Shown in pieces: positions 55,790 to 62,996 of a stretch of 62,996 bases of DNA (the stretch's first letter is position 1; every line of letters begins with the position of its first letter). Below the pieces are notes generated by a model. It made no database searches. It was not told where the DNA came from and saw only the letters and a program-made list of their open reading frames with translations. The position numbers and the translations under genes are program-made. The stretch is taken from positions 1 to 62,996 of the forward strand of contig JAFWAT010000044.1 of the NCBI GenBank assembly GCA_017507525.1, given 5' to 3'. This DNA comes from Clostridia bacterium (lineage in GTDB: Bacteria > Bacillota > Clostridia > UBA1381 > UBA9506).

Positions 55790-57439
55790 TTAAAAATTCT
55801 TTTCTTCTCCGGCAAACAGCATGCCGTTTTCAAAATGAAATGCCCGGTCACAAAAAGAAAGCGCCGCTTTTTTATGTGAGACTAATATACATGTTTTATC
55901 CTTTCTTGCCTTTAGTGCAGAAAGGATGGCAAGCTCCGTTTCTTCATCCAAAGCAGAAGTCGCTTCATCTAAAAGCATAACCGGAGCGCCGTGAAGTATC
56001 GCCCGGGCAACAGAAAGACGTTGAATCTGCCCTTCTGAAAGACCCAGACCGCCCTCACCCAACTCAGTATCAAGACCGTCAGGCAGTGTTTCTATAAAGC
56101 TCCAGATTTGCGCATCCTGCAAGGCCTTGATAATTTCTTCGTCGGAAATACCATTTTTAAAGAACAACACATTTTCGCGAATACTGCCTGAAACAATCAA
56201 ATTGCCTTGGGGAACATAGGAAAAGAGTTGTTTTTTCTCTTCATAGAGAGCGCAAGCCGTTCCGTCCCGCATAACAAGCTGCATCGTGCCGCTTTGTGGT
56301 TTTAATATGCCCAACATAATTTTGAGCAAGGTGCTTTTGCCTGTTCCGGATGTACCTGTAATAACAATAAACTCACCTTTATTGACGTCAAAATCCGTTT
56401 TTTCCAGAATTTTTTCATCCCGATATGCAAAGCCAATATCCGTCAGACGAATTGCTTCCCAGTCTCTTTCAGACCATGTGAGCTTCTCTGCAAAGGTATC
56501 CTCCGGCAGGTTTTCAATTTCCATCAACCGTTCTGCAGAAGCGACCATGCTGTAATACTGGGGAAACAGCGACGATAAGCCTTGAAACGGCGTTTGAATT
56601 TGGCTCACAAGTTGCAAAAGCGCCGTTAGTGTACCAAAGGTCATGAATCCGTTTGCAATTTTATAAGCACCCCACGCAAGAGCAAAATAATAGCCGGCAG
56701 TAAGCCCAATATAGAAAAAAACATTTGCCATAATGCTCAGTTTATTTCGTTTTAAATTTAATTTAAATAATTTGTGTAATAAAAAGCCACTGCGCGCTCC
56801 TGCCTGGTCGCTGCAGCCAAAGGATTTAATCACCAGAATATTCTTCAAGGTTTCCTGCATAAATGATTTTACCGCACCATCTGCTGCCTGACAGCTTTTA
56901 TGCAGACTCTTCATTTGTTTTCTGTAAATGTAAGCCGTTGTAAAAATCAAAGGCCCCAAAGCCAGACACAACAAAGCAAAAGTCGAATCCAGCACATACA
57001 ACGCAAAAAAGCACGCAACAATTTTGGTCAAATAAAAGCAAAGCTGCGGAAACATATGTATTAATCCTGTTGCAACAATCCCCACATCACTGCTGATGCG
57101 GTTCATCAATTCACCGGTATGATACTCTGTTATTTTTATATAGTCTTTTTTTAAAATCGTCTCAAACAACCGGGACTTAAACCGAATGTTAAACTTCCCG
57201 GTAATATATACATTATAAAAGTTCTGAAAAACTTCCAGCAAAAGCTGCAGAATCAAAAAAACAAACATCATAATGCCTTCACGCATGAGAGCTCCCTCTG
57301 CCTGCCCTGTTGCAACATCCAAAACACGCTTGGAAAGAAGCGCGAAAAAAACACCCATCAGGGAAACAAGCATTCCCGTCAAAGTTAAAACAATAACGCC
57401 AGGCAAAATGAATTTTGATTTTTTAATAATCCACTTCAT
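55790..57439 (-). CDS. Fused permease/ATPase ABC exporter (type I exporter fold, no C39 peptidase domain)
   Basis: 549 aa. It starts directly with a TM segment (MKWIIKKSKFILPGVIVLTLTG). GTSGTGKST, LSEGQIQR and LLDEATSALD. Confidence 0.9.
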   Translation of the reverse strand: MKWIIKKSKFILPGVIVLTLTGMLVSLMGVFFALLSKRVLDVATGQAEGALMREGIMMFVFLILQLLLEVFQNFYNVYITGKFNIRFKSRLFETILKKDYIKITEYHTGELMNRISSDVGIVATGLIHMFPQLCFYLTKIVACFFALYVLDSTFALLCLALGPLIFTTAYIYRKQMKSLHKSCQAADGAVKSFMQETLKNILVIKSFGCSDQAGARSGFLLHKLFKLNLKRNKLSIMANVFFYIGLTAGYYFALAWGAYKIANGFMTFGTLTALLQLVSQIQTPFQGLSSLFPQYYSMVASAERLMEIENLPEDTFAEKLTWSERDWEAIRLTDIGFAYRDEKILEKTDFDVNKGEFIVITGTSGTGKSTLLKIMLGILKPQSGTMQLVMRDGTACALYEEKKQLFSYVPQGNLIVSGSIRENVLFFKNGISDEEIIKALQDAQIWSFIETLPDGLDTELGEGGLGLSEGQIQRLSVARAILHGAPVMLLDEATSALDEETELAILSALKARKDKTCILVSHKKAALSFCDRAFHFENGMLFAGEEKNF

Positions 57440-57452
57440 GCTGATTCCTCTA

Positions 57453-57926
57453 TCATTTCGTTCGTCTTACAATAGATTTCCCCAAACGCACCAAGGGTAA
57501 AAGCAACGGTCTTATCAGCCTGCCATGCCCCCATACAAAACCGTACAGCCTGCTCCACCATGTGTTTGCAGAATACACCTTGCCGCCACGGCAAAAACCA
57601 GTCACAACTGCTTTAATCTGCCGGCGGTCAATGGGGCCATCAAGCTCAATTTGATTATCCCCGACAATCATATAGCCGTTTCGACGGCATTTAACAACTC
57701 TGTGTAAAATTGCCTTACCGCTTGTTTGAACATAGAGAACGATATCAAATTTACGAATTGTTTCGGGCTGTGCTAAAATAACACTGTCAATACCGCTGCG
57801 AAACAGCGGTAACATACTGTTGCCCGTCACCGTCATGTTAACCGTTTTTCCTTCGGAAAGAAGTTCCATTAAAAAAGGTAAAAGTGCCTCTGCAGACACT
57901 TGCTTCAAGCTTGCTTCAGGCTTCAT
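57453..57926 (-). CDS. S24/S26-superfamily peptidase, SipW/ER-type (Ser-His) signal-peptidase-like, no N-terminal TM anchor
   Basis: 157 aa. The four S26B boxes can be seen: GNSMLP, FDIVLY, ILHRVV and VGDNQIELD. No hydrophobic N-terminal anchor. The C-terminal tail is amphipathic (LYGFVWGHGRLIRPLLLPLVRL). Confidence 0.72.
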   Translation of the reverse strand: MKPEASLKQVSAEALLPFLMELLSEGKTVNMTVTGNSMLPLFRSGIDSVILAQPETIRKFDIVLYVQTSGKAILHRVVKCRRNGYMIVGDNQIELDGPIDRRQIKAVVTGFCRGGKVYSANTWWSRLYGFVWGHGRLIRPLLLPLVRLGKSIVRRTK

Positions 57927-58185
57927 CTAAAATATGGTTCTCCTTCAAGATTTTTATAAAAGCCCGCACGTCGGTACCGGCTGTTTGTGCATCTACCTGG
58001 TATTCCTTTGTTAAAGCAGCAATCAACTCTTCTTCTGTGCAGGAATTTTCGAGTTGCTGCCACAAAAAAGCGCCGCTTTCATTTAATGTTAACATCAGCT
58101 GCAGATTAACAAGATTTTCTCCAACCGGAACGGCAACTGTGCTGCCTGCAATCTCTTTTAAAACGAAGCCGTCTTTAATTTTCAT
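57916..58185 (-). CDS. PqqD-family (RiPP recognition element-like) small protein
   Basis: 89 aa. MKIKDGFVLKEIAGSTVAVPVG...LTLNESGAFLWQQLENSCTEEELIAALTKEYQVD...DVRAFIKILKENHIL matches the PqqD/RRE winged-helix pattern (from recall). GAAGGAAG RBS. 11-nt overlap with the peptidase gene. Confidence 0.72.
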   Translation of the reverse strand: MKIKDGFVLKEIAGSTVAVPVGENLVNLQLMLTLNESGAFLWQQLENSCTEEELIAALTKEYQVDAQTAGTDVRAFIKILKENHILDEA

Positions 58186-58279
58186 ACATGCACTTCCTTC
58201 TTTATATGCTTACCTATTTATTTTACTATAAAGCTATCGAAAAAACAAGCATAAAATCAAAATATTCATTTTTTACAAC

Positions 58280-58308
58280 TTGCACAACATAAAATATTAT
58301 GATACAAT
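58280..58308 (+). promoter_or_regulatory. Extended -10 sigma-A promoter of the SLH protein gene
   Basis: TTGCAC at 58280-58285, a 17-nt spacer ending in TGA, then TACAAT at 58303-58308. Confidence 0.55.
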
Positions 58309-58349
58309 GTAAATATATAAATTTTTTTAACCAAACAGGAGGTTAACAA

Positions 58350-59951
58350 ATGAAAAAAGTTTTGGCGTTATTTTTAACAACAATGATGATTCTTTCCACC
58401 TGTGCCACGAGCGTTTCTGCTATGACCTTTACTGACCTTGCAGAAAATCATTGGGCATATTCCAATGTACAAACCTTGGTTAATGACGGTACCGTAAAAG
58501 GCTATGAAGACGGCTCCTTTCGTCCAAGCGGAACTGTAACCCGCGCAGAATTTGTCAAAATGTTGGGCGTAAGTTCTGTTGTTCGCGAATTCTCCTACAG
58601 TGATGTTCCTGCAGACCATTGGGCATATACATACGTTATGGCTGCTAACTTCCCCGAAGATAACACCAATTTGTTCAAACCCGACACACCCATCACCCGC
58701 GGTCTGGTAGCAGAACTTTTATGGAGACGTGCCGGACAGCCTCAAGATATTTTTATGCCTTCCATTATCACGTCACAGTATAAAAAGAATCCCACCGCTG
58801 CTGCCTGGGTTTATGCAACTGGCTTGATTCGCGGCGATGGTGACGGAATTAACCTGCGTTTAGCTAATACTCTGACACGTGCCGAGGCTGCAACACTTAT
58901 CATTCGTGCACGTTCTGCAAACGATGCAACCGGAGTTTTTGCTGATATTGTAGACCAGAACATTTTAGTAAATTTTTATAACGGTTTAAACCTGTTTGAC
59001 AATGCCCCCTATGTTCCAACCGCTACAATTACAAACGGCGAAATGGCACGTGCGGCATTACGTATCGGTAAGGAACAACACAACCTTGCCATCAGCGCAG
59101 CTCCGAATTTTGAGCATGCCTATGCAAAAGAGACATACACTGTGTTTAACGCTTTGGGCAAAACCAAAATTGACGCAGCCTTTGCAAATAAAGCTGCAAC
59201 CTTCGGCGACACTGTTGCCGCCCTTTCCTATCAGTTTATTGATAAGGCACACAATGTTCCGGTGTATGGCGACAAAACAGACTCTTTATCTTCTATGACT
59301 GCTATGATGAATGTTTGTCTGACATTTGCAAAAAATGCGGGCATTATTTCCTTAAAAGAAGATTTAAATGCGCCGATTACCGTTCGTGACTTCACTGTAA
59401 TCTGCCTGCTGTTTGACCATGTTATCGGTTCGCAGTCTGCTATTACAACTGACCCGCATCCCGCAACAGCTTTTGTTAAAAAAGACCAGTCACTTCTGTT
59501 AACTGCCGAAAGCTACGGTGATTATCAGGTAAGAGTTGCTGAGATTTCGGCATTATATATGACTGCGTTTAACGATATGGAGAAAACACCGAAAGAGACA
59601 TATGATTTTGCCCGGGAATACAGCTCCATCCTCATGACTATTCTGCAGCATTTAAAATCTTCTCTGTCACAAAAGGCTACCGTTCGTTTAACCTATTATC
59701 CCTCTTTAGTTTGTAAAAACTTAAACGGATATACCATGCGTATCGCCTGTGATATTGTTTCTATGGATGGCGCAAAGGCATTTTCTGAATTATTCACTGT
59801 TAAACAAGGCATGGCAGGTGCCGATACAATGCTTTCTCAGGGCGACCGTGTTTACTTTGACCTTGCAACCGGCAGCAATATCAGCTCTGTTTCTATGTCA
59901 AGTGAAAATGCATATGTTGACCAGATTGTAATGATTGTCCCTGCAAAATAA
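58350..59951 (+). CDS. Secreted S-layer-homology (SLH) domain cell-wall protein with an uncharacterised C-terminal region
   Basis: 533 aa. Sec signal peptide (…CATSVSA/MTF). Three N-terminal SLH repeats (FTDLAENHWAYSNVQTLVNDGTVKGYEDGSFRP..., YSDVPADHWAYTYV..., ...AAWVYATGLIRGDGDG...LTRAEAATLI). AGGAGG RBS. Confidence 0.88.
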   Translation: MKKVLALFLTTMMILSTCATSVSAMTFTDLAENHWAYSNVQTLVNDGTVKGYEDGSFRPSGTVTRAEFVKMLGVSSVVREFSYSDVPADHWAYTYVMAANFPEDNTNLFKPDTPITRGLVAELLWRRAGQPQDIFMPSIITSQYKKNPTAAAWVYATGLIRGDGDGINLRLANTLTRAEAATLIIRARSANDATGVFADIVDQNILVNFYNGLNLFDNAPYVPTATITNGEMARAALRIGKEQHNLAISAAPNFEHAYAKETYTVFNALGKTKIDAAFANKAATFGDTVAALSYQFIDKAHNVPVYGDKTDSLSSMTAMMNVCLTFAKNAGIISLKEDLNAPITVRDFTVICLLFDHVIGSQSAITTDPHPATAFVKKDQSLLLTAESYGDYQVRVAEISALYMTAFNDMEKTPKETYDFAREYSSILMTILQHLKSSLSQKATVRLTYYPSLVCKNLNGYTMRIACDIVSMDGAKAFSELFTVKQGMAGADTMLSQGDRVYFDLATGSNISSVSMSSENAYVDQIVMIVPAK

Positions 59952-59963
59952 TTGAAACTACCT

Positions 59964-59996
59964 GCGGTATAGCCTTTGCGCTATACCGCTTTTTTT
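59964..59996 (+). terminator. rho-independent terminator of the SLH gene
   Basis: GCGGTATAGC-(6-nt loop)-GCTATACCGC followed by TTTTTTT. Confidence 0.85.
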
Positions 59997-60010
59997 GTTT
60001 TCAATTTGTC

Positions 60011-60039
60011 TTGCACATTTCCATTAAATATTGTATAAT
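60011..60039 (+). promoter_or_regulatory. sigma-A promoter of nth-tlyA
   Basis: TTGCAC at 60011-60016, a 17-nt spacer, then TATAAT at 60034-60039. Confidence 0.55.
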
Positions 60040-60070
60040 TGTGATAGTAAAGCATGAACAAGGTGATAAC

Positions 60071-60709
60071 ATGACTAAAAAAGATAAGGTTTTAAAAATA
60101 AAAGAATATTTCGATGTCCAGTATGCAGAAGCAGACTGTTCTCTTTGCTACAATGACCCTTTCCAGCTGCTTGTTGCAACCCAGCTGGCAGCACAGTGCA
60201 CCGATGCCCGTGTGAATCTGGTAACACCTGGGTTATTTGCAAAATTCCCGGATGTTAAGGCCTTTGCTGAAGCAGACATCACAGAAATGGAAAACGCCAT
60301 TAAATCCACCGGCTTTTATCACAACAAAGCACGAAACCTGATTGCCTGTGCGCAAAGGCTTTTGTCAGACTTTGACGGCATTGTGCCACAGACCATGGAA
60401 GAACTTTTATCGCTCCCCGGTGTTGGTCGCAAAACAGCAAATCTTTTAATGGGAGATGCTTTTGGTAAACCTTCTATTGTGGTGGATACGCACGCAAAAC
60501 GCATAACCGGAAGATTGGGCCTAACCAAAAACACAGACCCAACCAAGATTGAAATGGATTTATGGAAAATTGTACCAGAAGACTACGGCAGCACCTTCTG
60601 CCATCAGCTAGTTTATCACGGCAGAGCGCTTTGCACAGCGCGAGGGCCTAAGTGTTCACTCTGCGGCTTGCAGAACGTTTGTGATTATTATAAAAAGACG
60701 GTAAAATAA
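60071..60709 (+). CDS. nth: Endonuclease III
   Basis: I moved the start to MTKKDKVLKIKEYF (60071), which follows AAGGTGA; the track ORF starts within the promoter. HhH-GPD (LPGVGRKTANLL) and a C-terminal Fe-S cluster CTARGPKCSLCGLQNVC. Confidence 0.95.
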   Translation: MTKKDKVLKIKEYFDVQYAEADCSLCYNDPFQLLVATQLAAQCTDARVNLVTPGLFAKFPDVKAFAEADITEMENAIKSTGFYHNKARNLIACAQRLLSDFDGIVPQTMEELLSLPGVGRKTANLLMGDAFGKPSIVVDTHAKRITGRLGLTKNTDPTKIEMDLWKIVPEDYGSTFCHQLVYHGRALCTARGPKCSLCGLQNVCDYYKKTVK

Positions 60710-60724
60710 AGCGAGGGACAAAGA

Positions 60725-61525
60725 TTGAAAACCAGATTGGATATTGTATTAACAGAGAAAAACTTAGCCGAAAGCCGTGAAAAAGCCAAAGCGATTATCA
60801 TGACCGGCATTGTCTATGTAGATAACCAGAAATGTGACAAACCCGGCACAATGATAGACGACACGCAAACCGTTGAAGTCAGAGGTAAAACGCTGCCCTA
60901 TGTCAGCCGCGGCGGCTTAAAACTGGAAAAGGCTAAAGAGGTTTTTAACCTTTCCTTTGCTGATAAAATCTGTATGGATACCGGTGCTTCTACCGGCGGT
61001 TTTACTGATTTGATGCTTCAGAATGGTGCAAAAAAAGTATATGCAGTGGATGTCGGCTACGGTCAACTCGCCTGGAAGCTGAGAAATGACCCGAGGGTTA
61101 TCAATCTGGAGCGAACCAACATTCGCCACCTAACAGATGTGCAAGTCCCTGAACCTCTTGATTTTGCCTCGGCTGATGTTTCTTTTATCTCGCTGTATCA
61201 CGTGATTCCGGTGGTATATCGGCATTTAAAAGAAGATGGTACGGCAGTATTTTTAATTAAACCACAGTTTGAGGCAGGCAGAGAAAAGGTCGGTAAAAAA
61301 GGTGTTGTCCGCGACCCAGCCGTGCATATTGAGGTCATTGAAAAAATCTTCAGTCTTGTCACAGAACAAGGGTTTGGCGTTCTGGGGCTGGACTTCTCTC
61401 CCGTAAAAGGTCCTGAGGGAAATATAGAATATTTAATTTATCTACAAAAAAATACCGCCTCACGCTTAACTGACGATGCGGCAAAAGAGGTTGTAAAATG
61501 CGCACATGATACGCTAGATGTATAA
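60725..61525 (+). CDS. tlyA: TlyA-family rRNA 2'-O-methyltransferase
   Basis: 266 aa. An S4 domain N-terminus (RLDIVL...), VSRGGLKLE and DTGASTGGFTD. TTG start. Confidence 0.93.
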   Translation: MKTRLDIVLTEKNLAESREKAKAIIMTGIVYVDNQKCDKPGTMIDDTQTVEVRGKTLPYVSRGGLKLEKAKEVFNLSFADKICMDTGASTGGFTDLMLQNGAKKVYAVDVGYGQLAWKLRNDPRVINLERTNIRHLTDVQVPEPLDFASADVSFISLYHVIPVVYRHLKEDGTAVFLIKPQFEAGREKVGKKGVVRDPAVHIEVIEKIFSLVTEQGFGVLGLDFSPVKGPEGNIEYLIYLQKNTASRLTDDAAKEVVKCAHDTLDV

Positions 61526-61553
61526 AAAGAGCCGGCATATGCCGGCTCTTTTT
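61524..61553. terminator. Bidirectional rho-independent terminator (tlyA and the amidohydrolase)
   Basis: The perfect palindrome GAGCCGGCATATGCCGGCTC is flanked by AAAAA and TTTTT. Confidence 0.85.
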
Positions 61554-62346
61554 ATGTAAGCTCTAACAGCTTTTCTGCATTCTTGTGCAGAATCTTTTCT
61601 TTTAATGCATCCGTTAAATCGAGTTTTTTAAATGCCTCTATATCTGTTTCAAAATCTCCCCACGGGCAATCTGTTGCAAATAGAATCTTATCCTCCGGAT
61701 GACTTTTTAACATGGTTAAAAGCAAGCTTTCCTCCGTATATCCCAGAGAACAGGAGGTATCAATATACACATCCCGCTCAATCATATGTTCAAGGGATTC
61801 TTCCGCCATCCCAAATCCTGCCATATGGGCAAAGACAACCTTTTCTCCCGTAAAAAGTCCAAGGGTATTCGCTAACGCTTTCGGCGCCGCATGAACCGGA
61901 TGCGGCAAGCCTAAATCAAGACCTGTATGAAACTGCAAAATGAAGCCGCGTTTTAAAATAGCTTCATAAACCGGTTGCATGTTAGGGTCATCCACAAAGA
62001 ATGCCTGATAATCCGGATGCAGCTTGATGCCTTTGACGCCGGCGTCTTTAAGCCTGTCCAGTTCATACGCAATATTGTCTGCCTCTGGATGCACACTGCC
62101 AAAAGCAACAATGCCCTCTAGCTGATTGCAGGCAATTGCAAAATCATTGACCTTTGTCATCTGACGGGGATTCGTTGCAATATTTTGCTGCACAACGCAC
62201 GTTACGCCCGCCTTTTTCATTTTCTCTAAGGTCTGCTTCACCGTTCCGTCAGTATACGCCGGCAAGCCGGAACGCTCTGCCAAAAGCGGAATGGTTTTCG
62301 TAGCCAGAACATCCGGAAACATATGGGTATGAAAATCTATTACCAT
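61552..62346 (-). CDS. Amidohydrolase-2 family (TIM-barrel metal-dependent hydrolase)
   Basis: 264 aa. MVIDFHTHMFPD... and ...ILFATDCPW... are typical of the PF04909-like family (from recall). Confidence 0.8.
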   Translation of the reverse strand: MVIDFHTHMFPDVLATKTIPLLAERSGLPAYTDGTVKQTLEKMKKAGVTCVVQQNIATNPRQMTKVNDFAIACNQLEGIVAFGSVHPEADNIAYELDRLKDAGVKGIKLHPDYQAFFVDDPNMQPVYEAILKRGFILQFHTGLDLGLPHPVHAAPKALANTLGLFTGEKVVFAHMAGFGMAEESLEHMIERDVYIDTSCSLGYTEESLLLTMLKSHPEDKILFATDCPWGDFETDIEAFKKLDLTDALKEKILHKNAEKLLELT

Positions 62347-62357
62347 GTTATCACCTA

Positions 62358-62996
62358 TTATACGCTGTAAATCAAATCGTCATATGTGGGAATGGGCCAG
62401 AAGTCTTTCTCCACAATCATCTCCAGCTCGTCAGCATACTTTCTGATTTCGCACATAGCCGTAACTAAAGAGTCTCTTGAAAACTTTGCCTGAGCAATAT
62501 AATCGTCGCCAAACCGATCCGACTTCTCCACTGCTTTTTCCAATTTCTTCGTTGCCTTATACAGCATAGAAATCTTATTTGTCAACATGTGCAGGCTTTC
62601 TTCTGCAGGCATAATATCGCAACCTGCCGCTTTGATATTAACAATCGTACGAGCGGTTTCATCGGCAAAGCGCAGGCAAGCAGGCATAATTTGGCGATTG
62701 ATCATCTGAAGCAATGTGTTTGCTTCAATGCTCACAATTTTTGTGTATTTTTCAAGTTTAATTTCATATCGTGCGCGAAGCTCTGTTTCCGTGTAAACAT
62801 GGTGCTTTTCAAATACGCGAATGGATTCAGGCGCAATAAAGGGTGCATAGGAATCCACAGAGTTATTAATGTTGGGAAGCCCTCTTTTCTTTGCTTCTTC
62901 TATCCATTCATCACCATAACCGTTACCATTAAAAATAATCCGTTTATGCTTTTTAATAATCTCTGCCAGCAAGGTATGTAATTCTTTATGAAAGTC
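62358..62996 (-). CDS. glnA: Type III glutamine synthetase, C-terminal part (5' end off window)
   Basis: The frame is open to the window edge. The C-terminal region ...FNGNGYGDEWIEEAKKRGLPN...FWPIPTYDDLIYSV matches the GSIII C-terminal domain (from recall). Confidence 0.8.
   Translation of the reverse strand, partial: DFHKELHTLLAEIIKKHKRIIFNGNGYGDEWIEEAKKRGLPNINNSVDSYAPFIAPESIRVFEKHHVYTETELRARYEIKLEKYTKIVSIEANTLLQMINRQIMPACLRFADETARTIVNIKAAGCDIMPAEESLHMLTNKISMLYKATKKLEKAVEKSDRFGDDYIAQAKFSRDSLVTAMCEIRKYADELEMIVEKDFWPIPTYDDLIYSV

Noticed and set aside
57916-58185. The PqqD-family gene as evidence for PQQ biosynthesis
   Set aside because: No pqqA, pqqB, pqqC or pqqE genes are present. Stand-alone PqqD-like proteins are generic peptide-recognition modules.
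58186-58349. A 28-codon plus-strand ORF (ATG at 58206) and an 11-codon minus-strand ORF as candidate precursor peptides for the PqqD operon
   Set aside because: Neither has a ribosome-binding site. Both overlap the promoter elements of the divergent genes, and their sequences have no leader/core character.

Overview
About 63 kb of chromosomal DNA from a moderate-GC Firmicute. It looks like a spore-forming Clostridia lineage, judging by the yybS-gdpP-rplI-dnaB order, the DUF421/DUF4363 pair and an SLH wall protein. I count about 60 protein genes. About 50 of them run co-directionally on the minus strand from 4486 to 58185, which suggests a leading-strand core region. Contents on the minus strand, in coordinate order: a partial sugar nucleotidyltransferase/PMM fusion, an AraC regulator, xth, fmt-def-priA, an aldose-epimerase-like gene, recX, a delta-alpha-beta 2-oxoacid:ferredoxin oxidoreductase preceded by a P-loop NTPase, then rlmH, an MBL hydrolase and a fucU-like gene packed directly behind a complete F1Fo ATP synthase operon (atpI-B-E-F-H-A-G-D-C). 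After that come dtd, a GH3 hexosaminidase, an anion permease, rpsB-tsf, ftsEX, a PucR/CdaR regulator, hpt-tilS-ftsH, yybS-gdpP-rplI-dnaB, a YibQ-like deacetylase, dgt-dnaG-sigA, typA, and a PyrR-attenuated pyrR-pyrB-pyrC-pyrF-carA-carB operon. The plus strand carries a Xer-type recombinase, the DUF421/DUF4363 pair, an SLH-domain protein, nth and tlyA. The right edge has an amidohydrolase and a truncated type III glutamine synthetase. I found no rRNA, tRNA, CRISPR array, IS element or prophage, and no recognisable defence island. Most of the window is ordinary housekeeping. The best candidate for an undescribed system is a compact three-gene operon at 55790-58185: a PqqD/RRE-like protein, a SipW-type S26-like peptidase and an ABC exporter, with no precursor peptide or maturase nearby. 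Secondary observations are a two-carboxylate Na+ signature in the ATPase c subunit together with a truncated epsilon subunit, an oxidoreductase that lacks its gamma subunit, two unannotated small ORFs, and several candidate operator or leader elements. All functional calls rest on motif recognition by eye, since no searches could be run.
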